DNA of 64,000 nt from Octopus vulgaris (GCA_951406725.2 OX597815.1:186186001-186250000), one strand, 5' to 3'. Positions 42,364 through 55,656 are shown, numbered from the stretch's first letter. Numbers and translations: made by a program. The notes: generated by a model from the letters alone, not told the origin.

Positions 42364-43240
42364 GTACATATAAACCTCAACATATACACCAAAATACCAC
42401 TCCCACCCCACACGGACAAATAAACACATACATCCCCCAAAATGGGCGCAATCCCACGCACACCAATCATACATGTATACAATTGCACACACAAGAACAA
42501 TACATAACTAACCCAAATATACAGAACATACCACAAATCACCAACCAACCACCATGACAAATGAAACCCACACCCATACAATGACAAAACTCCCCCTCCA
42601 TACACAATTACACCCACATAGCAATCCCCATATATACATCCACACACAAACACACATACGCAAAACACACACACACAACACATACGTACACCCCCCCACA
42701 CACACCCATATACATACGTACCAAACTCGACATCCACAACAATACGCTCACACCCACTCACACACAGATAAACAAACTACACAACCAAAAAACGCACACA
42801 CACACGTGTGCGTATTTTAGTTGTGCAATTCACCCATCTGCATGAGTGCGGGCGCGAACACACCGTTGCACATATCGAGCCCAGCAAGCATGCACATGTA
42901 CATGTGAGGGGGTACACGCACATGCCGTGCGCGTATGCCCCACGCACGTATACCCGTGCGCGAATGTACACATGGAGACTGCCACACAGGTACAATCGTG
43001 CATAGCAAAGGGAGCCCCATCACTACACGTATATGGGCCCCATTCATCACGATGGTCCACCAACAATTCATAGCAAACTCCGCACATTCAAGTCGATCAC
43101 ACATCACTCCCGCAAATGCAACTGCACACATACACGACCGATACTCGCGAGACCACACCCACCCGCAAGGATGCATACGCTCACCCATCCGCACGGATGT
43201 GGAAGCGAATCACCGGTGTATATATTGAGGCTCATACGTA
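42364..43240. repeat. Internal ~440+435 bp fold-back with T>C hypermutation in both arms
   Basis: Centre at 42805/42806 (cgcacacacacac|gtgtgcg). The right arm aligns to 44543-44850 and to the reverse complement of 42364-42805. Confidence 0.85.
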
Positions 43241-45458
43241 GCGCTATGGAAACAAACGTCATTAAAATTATGAATGGAATAAATGGAATTAAAAATTATA
43301 ACCAGGTGGTAAACTAACATTACTTAAAATTATGAATGGAATAATGTAATAAAATAACAAACATCAAAAATAGACATAAATTACTACAAATTATTTATTA
43401 AAACTACCATGATAAACTAAAACTCATAAATACATATAATGATAAAACCTCCCTTTACTAAACACTATAACAAACCTATAAAGCAATCCCCCTAACCTAT
43501 ACATTCAAACACAAATACACACACATAAACCACACACCCACGACATATACAAATACCCACCTCACTCACACATACCTATACATACGTATATACCTCGATA
43601 TACACACCAAAAATTCACTCCCACACCCATACAGACATATAAACATATACATCCCTAAAAATGGATGCAATCTCACGCACATCAATCATGCATGTATACA
43701 AGTGCATACATAAGCACACACTTTTACATAGCACCATGCACTCCCACATCTACACCTGCACTTATACACACGCACACATACACACACACCCATGCAACAT
43801 ACATATTCACGGACACTCTCCTAGACATCCAAATATACATATAAATATACGTATAAATGGCTACAATACAATACCCATTATAACTACCATGAGCAACAAA
43901 CCAAGCCATAATGCATGGGGACTAATACTAAAAAATTCTAAATAAAATAATCATGGTAAATGAAATCCATACATACAAATAAAACCCCTAACAAAAAACA
44001 ATACACACAAATACACACACATATATATACACACACCCACAACCATAACCATATACACACTCTCACAAACATATACATACTTACAAACCTCGACATATAC
44101 ACCAATATATTCATTCCCACATTAAAGAATTCGTAGTAATTTATGTCTATTTACGATGTTTGTTATTTTATTACATTATTTCATTCATAATTTTTAAGTA
44201 ATGTTCGTTTACCACGTGAATATAATTTTTAATTCCATTTATTCCATTTCTCCATTCATAATTTTAAATGATGTTCGTTTCCAGAGCGGGAATACTTTTT
44301 ATACATATGTTAGGTTCCTATGGTAACGTAATTTTGTTTGACGTTTTTAACGGATAGAATTTAATTTCACTTCATAATTTGAAACTGACTTGAAAGTATG
44401 TATATTTTTTCTCATTATGTTAATCTTGTTACTTTTGATATTCTGGTTACTTATGAAGTATTTTATATATCGTATTATGTGTAGTAATGTTGTTTTTCTT
44501 TTGAGTGTTTATGTATGTGGGAATGTGTGTGTGTGTGTGTGTGTGTGCGTTTTTTGGTTGTGTAATTTATTTATCTGTATGAGTGTGGGTGTGAGAATAT
44601 TGTTGTATATGTCGAGTTTAGTAGGTATGTATATGTATATGTGAGGGGGTATACGTATATGTTGTGTGTGTGTGTTTTACGTATGTATATTTGTGTGTGA
44701 ATGTGTATATGGGTTTGCTATATAGGTGTAATTGTGTATGGTAGGGGGAGTTTTATCATAATATGTATGTGGGTTTCATTTATCATGATCGTTTATTGGT
44801 GTTTTGTAGTAGATTCTGTATATTTAAGTTGATTATATATTATTCCATTTATAATTTTAAAAAAAAAAAGTTCGATCAACAAGTGCAAAGAATTATTTAT
44901 TTTGCTTTTGAGTGTTTATGTATGTGTGAATGGGTGTGTGTGTGTGTGTGTGGGATTATTTGCGTAATTTATTTATCTGTATAGTTGTGGGTGTGAATAT
45001 ATTGGTGTATATATCGAGTTCTGTATGTTTGTATATGTATGTGTGAGCGGGTATACGTATATTGTTTATGAATGTGGGTTGTATGTGTGTGTGAGGGAGT
45101 ATGAATAAGTATTGTGTTGAAGTATTTGGCTATTTTATTTATTTATCGTTGCCTAGACGTTTTTATGTGTATGTATAGGGATATATATATAGGTGTGTGA
45201 TTTAGTGTATGTATTTAGATATGGTTATATATAATTAGTTATATGTGTATGGGTGTATATATAGTTTATTTTTATTTTGTTTTATATTTAATTGTTGATA
45301 GGTTTATTTTAGTTTATATATTGTTTATATATTGATTATATATGGATTATATATAGGTTATATATAGATTATATATTTATATTTTTTCATTGATACTTTA
45401 ATTATTTTAAAATTATTATTTTTTATATTTTAAAATATTGATATTTTAGATTGGAAGT

Positions 45459-45501
45459 CCACCTGAAGATTGTCGATCAGGACAAGAAACAATTGTAGTG
45501 G
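45459..45501 (+). ncRNA. Minimal type I hammerhead ribozyme, intact
   Basis: Stem I ccac/gugg, CUGAAGA at 45463-45469, stem II uuguc/gacaa, GAAA at 45486-45489, palindromic stem III caauug, GUA cleavage triplet ending at 45497. Confidence 0.9.
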
Positions 45502-45675
45502 CGGTTTTTTTTACTTTTTATTAAAATTTTATGTATTGATTAAGTCTTTCCTTGTTTGTTTTGCAAAATAGTGGTTTTGTCTCTAATTAATATTATATAA
45601 TATTTTACTATAAAATTGGTTTCAATCCTAAATCTGATTTTTTTCCCTGTAAATTTGGATTTATTCCCTAATATT

Positions 45676-45725
<50 letters not shown>

Positions 45726-45995
45726 TGTGTGTGTGTTTACGTCTCCGTGACGTAGCGGTTCGGCAAACAGACCAATAGAATAAGTACTAGGCTTATAAAG
45801 AATAAGTCCTGGGGTCGATTTTCTCGACTAAAGGCGGTGCTCCAGCATGGCTACAGTCAAATGACTGAAACAAGTAAAAAAAAGAGAGTAAGTACAGACA
45901 ACCGTCCTTCGCGAGTGAGTTCGCAATTTTATATTTGCATACACTGCCACTTCCTTCACCTTTGGCCCAGTGGGTCATGTAGCATACAATATATT

Positions 45996-46431
45996 CAGGG
46001 GTGGGCAATGTATGACTTGCGGGCCGCATGCGGCACACCATAGAGTTTTCCGCGGTCCGCAGTAGCATTCAACCCTCCCAAAATTTTCCAAGTCTAAAAT
46101 TTTCGTAAACTCAACAAGCAACCTCACTGCTGATTTCAAAAGATTTGTAAATAAGCGTAACAGGTTAAATTTTTCTCATTAAATTACTCATGGTGGCTAA
46201 CGTGTAATTTTCACATAAATAAATTTAATGAAACCATTTCTTGTACCACTATTGTTTTAGTATTATTTATTTATTATTAATATGTGATTTACACTTCGCA
46301 TTAAATGAAATATAATGTTCAGTAATGAATACGATCAGTTATAGAAGTTGCGGCCTTCCGCTAACCACGGCCTTCCGCTAACCACGGCCCTCTCAAATTG
46401 GCCCCTGAGCCAAAACAATTGCCCACCCCTG
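45996..46431 (+). mobile_element. Non-autonomous hAT (Charlie/SPIN-like) element
   Basis: TIRs caggggtgggcaa / ttgcccacccctg, subterminal gcggcc motifs, and a residual transposase end STSNLTADFKRFVNKRNRLNFSH*. No clear 8-bp TSD. Confidence 0.75.
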
Positions 46432-46639
46432 CTATACGTATATGGGAAGAAACATGTAAATCTTCCCGGCTAGTTCTTGCTATAACAGAGTTGAGTGAAG
46501 CATTGTGAAATGAAAGTCATTGCTTAAGGTCACAACGTCCCACCAGGTGAAAAATGACACCTACGAACTTACAATCTTTTCTAATATGAGCAAAGAACCT
46601 GACATTTTGGAGTATTCTCTTGACAATTGCATTGGTCAC

Positions 46640-47729
46640 GGTACTCGAAGTACTTGTTTTATCGACCCCAGAATGATGAGTAGCAACGTTGACCTTTGTT
46701 AGATTTGAACTCAGAATATAGAGAGCCCGAAGAAACACCGCTAAGCATCCATCCCCGATCTTATAATAATGATTTCAAATTTCGGCACTAGACCAGTAAT
46801 TTCTGGATAGGGGATAAGTCTATTACATCAACCCCAATATTTAACTGGTACTTATTTTATCGACCCCGAAAAATGAAATGCAAAGTCGATCTCGGTGGAA
46901 ATTGAACTCAGAACATAAAGGTGGACGAAATGCCACTAAGATTTTTGCCAGTTCTCCAGCTTAGGATCTTAGAATAATAATGATCGTTTCTGGAATGGGC
47001 ACAATGCCAGTGCTTTATTGGTACTTAATTTATCGACCCAGAAAGGATGACAGGCAAAGTCGGCCAAGGCGGAATTTGAACTGAGAATGTATAGACGGAT
47101 GCAACAGGGCTAAGCATTGTGACCGGCGTGTTAATGCCTTTTATTTCTTAATTGCCCACAAAGGGCTAAACATAGAGAAGACAAACAAAGGGATTAAGTC
47201 GATTACATTGACCCCAGTAGACAACTGGTACTTATTTTATCGACCCCGAAAGGATGACAGGCAGAGTCGACCTCGGCGGAATTTGAACTCAGAATGTAAC
47301 GGCAGACGAAATACCTATTTCTTTACTGCCCATAAGGGGCCAAACACAGAGAGGACAAGCGAGGACAGACAAACGGATTAAGTCGATTATATCGGCCCCA
47401 GTGCGTAACTGGTACTTATTTAATCGACCCCGAAAGGATGAAAGGCAAAGTCGACCTCGGCAGAATTTGAACTCAGAACGTAGTGGCAGACAAAATGCCT
47501 ATTTCTTTACTGTCCACAAGGAGCTACACACAGAGGGGACAAACAAGGACAGACAAACGGATTAAGTCGATTATATCGACCCTAGTGCGTAACTGGTTCT
47601 TAATTTATTGACCCCGAAAGGACGACAAGCAAGTCTACCTCGGCGGAATTTGAACTCAGAACGCAACGGCAGACGAAATACCTCTAAGTATTTCACCCTC
47701 GTGCTAACGTTTCTGCCAGCTCGCCGCCT
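46640..47729 (-). mobile_element. Group A SINE cluster: three young tandem units plus older units
   Basis: Junctions at 47315/47316 and 47499/47500; head at 47729. Confidence 0.82.
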
Positions 47730-48488
47730 TACGATCTTATGATAATAATATGAAGAGAGAAGAAAACCATAACCACGCACGTTAACCCGGCAACTGTATG
47801 TTAAGTTTTACAAGCAAATTTTCTTGCTATAGAGAAGAATACTTGTAAATGCTTCCAATTACGACGAAATACATTGCCTCTGGCTGAAATGTTATTCTCT
47901 AATTGTGTCGTCGATAATGTCTACAAAGCGTTCTGCCAAGGTATCACTGTGAAATAATTAGAAATTAATCGAGCTGTTTTGATAAGAATTGACTTTGTAG
48001 AAATCTTAAGGCACTGAAATAAACCCTTTGTTTTCACTTAGTTTAATTCCACCATTTTGTCAACCACAACCTTGCTTCCCGTTACCGGTTGCAAATTCTC
48101 TTGATTTGTTCATTGTCTTAAATTTGCGTCTCCTAATTTCACTGCAGAGCAATCACTATTCAATCAAGAAGTCTTTCGTATTGAGAAATTCCACCAATAA
48201 TCATATGCATCGTTTCCTACACTAAATCGCTGATAACTATTAAATTTTGCATAATTTCAAATCACCCATGATTGCAATTTCTGTTTTCGTATGTGCATCG
48301 CTTGTGTTTCTCAGCATTATATATTCATACGTAAAGATTTGTTTTCTCGTTGCATCTTATTTCCATATTGCGCTTATAAAAATTCTGAAGTGCTCGCTTT
48401 TAATATGAAGAAAGAACGTAGTAATAACTGTAGTGGCTATAATACGTTCAGTATTAAAACATACATACATACATACATACATACCCAC

Positions 48489-48543
<55 letters not shown>

Positions 48544-48566
48544 TCTCTCTCTCTCTCTTTCGCTCG

Positions 48567-48629
<63 letters not shown>

Positions 48630-48633
<4 letters not shown>

Positions 48634-49041
48634 CTCCCTTTCCTCTTTTACTTGTTTCAGTCATTTGACTGCGGCCATGCTGGAGCCCCGCCTTTAGTCG
48701 AGCAAATCGACCCCGGGACTTATTCTTTGTAAGCCCAGTACTTATTCTATCGGTCTCTTTTGCCGAACCGCTAAGTTACGGGGACGTAAACACACCAGCA
48801 TCGGTTGTCAAGCAATGCTAGGGGGACAAACACGCACACACAAACTCACACACATACACATATATACATATATATACACATATACGACAGGCTTCTTTCA
48901 GTTCCGTCTACCAAATCCACTCACAAGGCATTGGTCGGCCCGGGGCTATAGCAGAAGACACTTGCCCAAGATGCCACGCAGTGGGACTGAACCCGGAACC
49001 ATGTGGTTGGTTAGCAAGCTACTTACCACACAGCCACTCCT
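48630..49041 (-). mobile_element. Group C SINE
   Basis: Reverse complement of 28439-28846. Confidence 0.87.
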
Positions 49042-49142
49042 ATATATAATCAAAATAAGCAACAAGGATATCTAGAGGTAATGGAGTACAATCGTTTCAT
49101 GCGACTCCATTTATTTAAACAATTCCATTATTACATCATATA

Positions 49143-49528
49143 TGTGTGTGGTAAGTAGCTTACTTACCAAGCACATGATTCCGGGTTCAGTCCCACTGCG
49201 TGGCACCTTGGCCAAGTGTCTTCTACTAAAGCCTCGGGCCGACCAAAGCCTTGTGAATGGATTTGGTAGACGGAAACTGAAAGAAGCCCGTCGGATATAT
49301 GTATATGTATATATATGTGTGTGTGTTTGTGTGTCTGTGTTTGTACCCCCAACATCGCTTGACAACAGATGTTGGTGTGTTTACGTCACCGTAACATAGC
49401 GGTTCGCAAACTGACTTGTAGTATAAGTACTAGGCTTGCAATGAATAAGTCCTGGCGTTGATTTGCTCGACTAAAGGCGGTGATCCAGCGTGGCCGCAGT
49501 CAAATGACTGAAACAAACAAATAAAAGA
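49143..49528 (+). mobile_element. Group C SINE
   Basis: Matches 28439-28846. Confidence 0.85.
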
Positions 49529-49566
49529 ATATATATATACCTATATAATATATATTTATATATATA

Positions 49567-49621
<55 letters not shown>

Positions 49622-49630
49622 ATATATATG

Positions 49631-49679
<49 letters not shown>

Positions 49680-50411
49680 CATATATAATATATACACACA
49701 CACATATATATAATTGTCGCCATGATAGATCGTTAGCCACTACACACATTTTATATATATGTATATATACAGAGAGAGAGAGAGAGAGATTAGGTTGATA
49801 GATAGATAAACAGAAATATGTTTTTGTTTACACACACGTATATATATATGTATGAATGTGTGTGGGTTGGTATGTATGTGTGTGTCCGTGCGTGTGTTTG
49901 TTTGTGTTTATGTGCGTGCGCGCGCGCGTGTTTGTGTGCACGTGTGTAAATATCATTTGATCTGAAACTTAGTCTGTTTCTTGATAAGATCCTCTTTGAT
50001 TTTGATGTAATATAATACCGGGAGCGGTGGTCGATTGTCCTGCCTAACTCCCTGATTAACAGCAGGTTGTTACCTCCACATTGAAGTATTACTTAGAGAC
50101 ATATCCGCAGTCTGGATAACTTTCTGTAACAGTCTATGTGATTAATTTCACTGGTGATCCTTATCGTTACAACATCCGGAAATTCAGGTGGAACATGCAA
50201 CACACTAAAACAGCTCTATTTTGTTTTCAGACCAGAGTTGCACATGCTACTTTCTCAGAAAATCGTCACAATTCACAAGCCAATAAGACGGCGAGATGGC
50301 AGAATCGTTACTACACAGAGAGAAATAATACAGATCATATCGTGTGCCTTTACGTTGTGTTCAAAATCTGCCGACATTACTTTCATCATTAAGGGGTCGA
50401 TGAAGTAAGTA

Positions 50412-50825
50412 TCTGTTTCTTTACTACCCACAAGGTGCTAAACACAGAGTGGACAAACAAGAACAGACAAACGGATTAAGTCAATTACATCGACCCCAAT
50501 GCGTAACTGGTACTTATTTAATCGACTCCGAAAGGATGAAAGGTAAAGTCGATCGGCGGAATTTGAACTCAGAACGTAGAGTCAGACGAAATACCTATTT
50601 CTTTACTACCTATAAGGGGCTAAACACGGAGGGGACAAACAAAGACAGACAAATGGATTAAGTCGATTACATCGACCCCCAGTGCGTAACTGGTACTTAG
50701 TTTATCGACCCCGAAAGGATGAAAGGTAAAATCGACCTCGGCGGAATTTGAACTCAGAACGTAACAGCAGACGAATTACTGCTAAGCATTTCACCCGACG
50801 TGCTCACGTTTCTGCCAGCTCGCCG
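50412..50825 (-). mobile_element. Group A SINE dimer nested in an older opposite-strand SINE
   Basis: Junction at 50595/50596. Flanking repeat aagtaagta. The host fragment tttcatcattaaggggtcgat precedes it. Confidence 0.8.
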
Positions 50826-51936
50826 ATAAAGTAAGTACTATTTGAACACTGCGATCGCCTTACCTCCTTTCTCTGCATCTGATTGCTTTATGTCAAGATT
50901 TAAAACCATTAATAAGCTAATGCTTGCAAGAAATATATGTTAATAGCATATAAATGTGTAATACATTTATTAGGAAGTGGGTGGTAAGTTGACATAATCG
51001 TTAGGAAGCCGTACGAATTGCTTATCCGCCTTTCATATGTCTTTATGTTATGAGTTCAAATTCTACGGATGTCAACTTTGCTTTTCATCCTTGCGGAGGG
51101 TCGGTGTAATCGACTAACCCACTCCACCGAAATCGCTGTCCTTGTATCGAACAATATATTTATTAGGAAACCTTATAGAGAAATGGTTAAATTTATTGCT
51201 TTTTGCAAATTTTATTTGGATAATTAACAAAACAAGAGGTACACATTATAATGGTACACAGCCTATCAATTGTACATAGCAGCAATTCTGAACGTATTAA
51301 GTAGCTGTCTGTTTCAGCTAAGTTTGAAAATCAAAAATACCAATAAAATTCACCTTGTTTCGTTTCACGATTAGATTATTATCGCTTAGACAAAGGTTAA
51401 CTAATACGGCTTCACAAAACGATTGCTAATAAGGATAGTGCCATTGTCAGCGAAATCTCTTCTTTCAAAGTAGAGTTGGAATATAATATATTCCAATTCC
51501 ATTATCCTATAATGGATGAACTATTTCCCACCAAATAGCACATTAATCAGCAAATATTAAATCAAATTGAATCTTCTCTATTATTATTCCATTAATCTCC
51601 GACATTTTTCCCTTTCAATTTCGGTTGCAATTATGTTAGAAATATATGTGCAGTGATTTCACAGACAATTATAATATAATAACAAGGCCAGCAATTTTGG
51701 CGAAAGGGGTAAGTCGATTACATCGACCCTCAGTGCCCAACTGGTATTAATCTTATCAGCCCCGAAAGAGTGAAAAGTAAAGTCGACCTCAGCGGAATTT
51801 GAACTCCGGTGCAGTAACGATTCCGCAAGCTCGCCACTTTATCTAGAATCGTAATATCGGTCTCACAATTTTGGCACAAGGCCAGCAATTTCGGGGAGAA
51901 AATAAGTCCATGGCATCGGCTCCAGTACATTACTGA

Positions 51937-52356
51937 TATATATTTTATCGACTTCGAAAGGCTGAACGGCAAAATAGACTTCAGCGAATATTGAACTCAG
52001 AATGCAAATACGGACGAAATGCCGCTCAGCGTTTTGTCCGGCGTGCTTATCGATTGAGAGCGCTCACAGCCCTGTCGAGAATTGTTGTATTAATGATACA
52101 AATGAAACTGAAGCTATAATCGACTGGGTTTACTTTATCATCGCTAAATATATTTTATCGACTTCGAAAGGCTGAACGGCAAAATAGACTTCAGCGAATA
52201 TTGAACTCAGAATGCAAATACGGACGAAATGCCGCTCAGCGTTTTGTCCGGCGTGCTTAACGATTCAGAGCGCTCACAGCCCTGTCGAGAATTGTTGTAT
52301 TAATGATACAAATGAAACTGAAGCTGTAATCGACTGGGTTTTACTTTATCATCGCT
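51937..52356. repeat. Recent ~211-bp tandem duplication of an old SINE fragment and its flank
   Basis: atatattttatcgacttcgaaaggctgaacgg...actttatcatcgct occurs twice with few differences. Confidence 0.9.
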
Positions 52357-52799
52357 GAATTTTCATCTGCTCTGGCCGACCTTCATTGCTTTCAATCCTT
52401 CAAAACAGGAAGTTGAGTCTGAATGAGCAACCACTTTAAAAATAAAGGAAAGTGGAAATACTTGTTTTTGCATAAATCTCAAAAGCTTTAGAAACAAGTT
52501 AAATGCGAAATGTCTAGTAATTTATCGTTCTCGCTATAACAAAAAGACAGGAACATTATACATAATTATATTCAATATAAGTGCGATCAATTCTAAACTG
52601 GATACTGGGGAAAAGACAAAGGAGCTGCAGCAACTATCCAGTACTAATCTCGAATCCTCATCAAATAGCGTGTTTTTAATATATAATTGGAAGTAGAAGA
52701 AATGTTGCTATTTATATCTCAATGTTAGATTATTTATTCATACGTTCAGATACGCTGAGGTCGATAAACAATGATTTGGGCGAAAACCGAAGCATCGGA

Positions 52800-52860
52800 G
52801 CGAGTATATGCATGCACATATACATAATACATGTAAAGTGAATATATATATATATATAAA

Positions 52861-52900
<40 letters not shown>

Positions 52901-52920
52901 CATATATATACACACACACA

Positions 52921-52968
<48 letters not shown>

Positions 52969-52983
52969 TATATATATAAACAC

Positions 52984-53014
<31 letters not shown>

Positions 53015-53214
53015 TATATACATATATACACATGAATCTATATACATATATATCTTTATACATATGAGTGTATACAAACATACATAATTATATACATACA
53101 TACGTATATATATATATATATATGTATATATGTGCATGTATATATATATATATATATATAAAATGCGTGGATACTCATTTGGTTATATATGTGCGTATAT
53201 ACATGTGTGTATAC

Positions 53215-53263
<49 letters not shown>

Positions 53264-53310
53264 ATGTGCTTAGTACGTACACACGCCTGTTAGTGCGTAT
53301 GTGTGTGTAA
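52800..53310. repeat. (TA)n/(CA)n microsatellite field
   Basis: Directly visible. Confidence 0.93.
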
Positions 53311-53645
53311 GCGAAAGTCCTTCGTTTGACAAATGATTTGATCCGTGATTGCATGTGGATTTAAGCATAATTGCATTGTGGTATATAAATTCACTGTAGC
53401 CATACGAAAACAAAAGAATCAATAATGCATTTTGACTAAAGGTTTCGTGACATCAGTTAATTTCCTTTCACCTAATTTCAAACAGAACCCAAATCAATGT
53501 TTCTGTTCATTATTTCGATGTTGTTCACTGAAATGTTGAGGTCGGTAAAATAATAGCCTTAAGCATTGTATCGAGAGTAATTCTTGCCATATATTTTAAC
53601 TATCATATATCTAGTAAGTGCGTAGCGATTTTCTTCACTACTCCA

Positions 53646-54031
53646 GGGAGTGACGACCCTGCCTGACACGAGTCCCGGGCTCAGCTGGCTCCGGTTATCA
53701 GTAGCCGGTATGGGCCCCTATCCAGGGTTACGGAAAAGAGACAACCTTCAAAGAAATCCGGAGTGGAGCCCCGTAGGTGGTTTAGTGTTCGACTCGACAC
53801 TCTTCCGGCAGCTCCTTCAACCAAGCTGGTGCCAAACGTAATGCTCTGCACCCCATTAGACTACGTCAGCAAGGTCGAGAGAGGAATCCTGACGATTGGG
53901 ATACCCAGGATTTTCTTACATCTAACCCAGGCCTGCGCAAAACTGGGGAGGGCATGAAATGTAAAAACCAGACTGGATTAATTTATGCGCAACTCCATTG
54001 TCTCCCGAGACCAAAGCATGCCAACAACAAC
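53646..54031 (+). mobile_element. Short GC-rich retroposon, probably RTE-derived and non-autonomous
   Basis: aaatccggagtggagcccc and caaccaagctggtgccaaacgt motifs recalled from RTE 5' regions; ends in (caa)n. Confidence 0.5.
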
Positions 54032-55314
54032 ACACACATATATATATGTATATATAAATAAATATATAAATAAATATATAAATAAATATATAAATAAATA
54101 TATAAATAAATAAATATATATATATATCATATATCATATATTTTAACAATCCTAGTAATTCCGCGTGCATGTAAAAGGCTCTACTGTTAATTCAGTATAT
54201 ATGTTGAATGTTCATATTTTGGGATGAGATGTACGCAAGTATATGAATATTCTTGTTGTCGTTTAACCACCGTTTAGCCTTGTTCCAGAAGACATTACAA
54301 AAATGTCTTCTAGCAGGGACATTCTCTGTTTTTTTTGTTTTTTTATATTTGTAAATCCTTGATTTGCAGTGTCTAATATATCTTTGCATTTTAATCTAAT
54401 GGAGAATGCCTCGAAATACTATTTTTTGCTTCTATGTATAGCAGAATAATTATGTAGAAGTTCTCTCATAGTTACATCGCTTTTCTTTTCGAAAGGAAAT
54501 GATCATGGAATGGTTTCCGGCTTTTATATTACTAATGAACCACATCTCATTATTTTACCTATCACTAATCATTTCCGATTCAGATCGGAAACTCCATTGC
54601 TCTGCTGTTGTGACACGATTTTGGTTTGTCTCTCTCTGAAACTACATTGACTAAACCATTTTGTCTTCCTTTTCTTTTCAGATTTTGAGAAATACCGAAA
54701 CTTATCTGGAAGTGTCACCAAACTTCACAAAATCAAACCACATTTCCACTGCTAGCTGTATTTTATTCTTAAACATTTCAAATCTTTGAGGTCTTTATTT
54801 TGATAATAGTGAAACATTTCATGATAAGAGAAAGTATAATATATTAAAAAATATATTTGCGGCATTTTACACTCAATATTCTTTCCAGACGGCGAGTAAG
54901 GTATTGGTATTTACTAAGTTTACATCCTTGTTAATATTCTCAAAGAAAACAGCAATTCTTTTCTAAAAATATCTCAAACAGAATTAGATTCTTAACCAGC
55001 AGAGGAATTCTATCTGCAACAATGCGGATATTTTGTATCACATTTCATCAGACATATATTTTAATTTTGGAAAACAGTTCACAGAATTATCTCGTTATTA
55101 GAAATGTTTGGTTCTGCATTTGTACAATAACTGCATTCTACTTCCCGGGAATTACCGAGAGAATAAAATTTTAATGAGAATATGTTTTTTTTATTCACTG
55201 ATATCGATATAGAGGAGAAACCATGCCATAAAAGTCTAGGAAAGTATCATACAGAAGTTAGAAGATACACTTCCACAGCATTTTTCTTTAATCTTTTTTC
55301 CCGCCTTTCTCTCT

Positions 55315-55329
55315 TTATATATATATATA

Positions 55330-55370
<41 letters not shown>

Positions 55371-55451
55371 CATACATATATACATACATACATATATATA
55401 TACACACATATATATATATACATATATATATATACATACATATATATATAC

Positions 55452-55490
<39 letters not shown>

Positions 55491-55611
55491 CATATATATA
55501 TATACATATATATATATACATATATATACATATATATATACATATACATATATATATATATACATATACATATATACATACATATATACATATATACATA
55601 TACATATATAT

Positions 55612-55656
<45 letters not shown>
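55315..55656. repeat. (TA)n/(TACA)n microsatellite
   Basis: Directly visible. Confidence 0.95.

Larger units (their letters stand above)
39866..45680. mobile_element. Non-coding Penelope-like insertion with ~1.47 kb inverted arms and terminal hammerheads
   Basis: 39866-41336 is the near-identical reverse complement of 44121-45599. An ~80-nt extension occurs only on the right (45600-45680). Flanked by (TA)n. The interior is CA-rich with ~857-bp tandem modules and no RT ORF. Confidence 0.8.
39367..45890 (+). mobile_element. Group C SINE split by about 6.2 kb of nested insertions
   Basis: 5' half at 39367-39505; 3' half (gtttacgtc...gactgaaacaagtaaaa) at 45733-45890. Confidence 0.75.

Noticed and set aside
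42777-43317. Cluster of overlapping ORFs and a CpG-island-like patch
   Set aside because: Explained by T>C hypermutation of a repeat module, which removes stops and creates CpGs.
40010-44120. Mitochondrial control-region or NUMT-like strand-biased sequence
   Set aside because: No mitochondrial gene or tRNA remnants; the bias is explained by the element's CA-rich modules.
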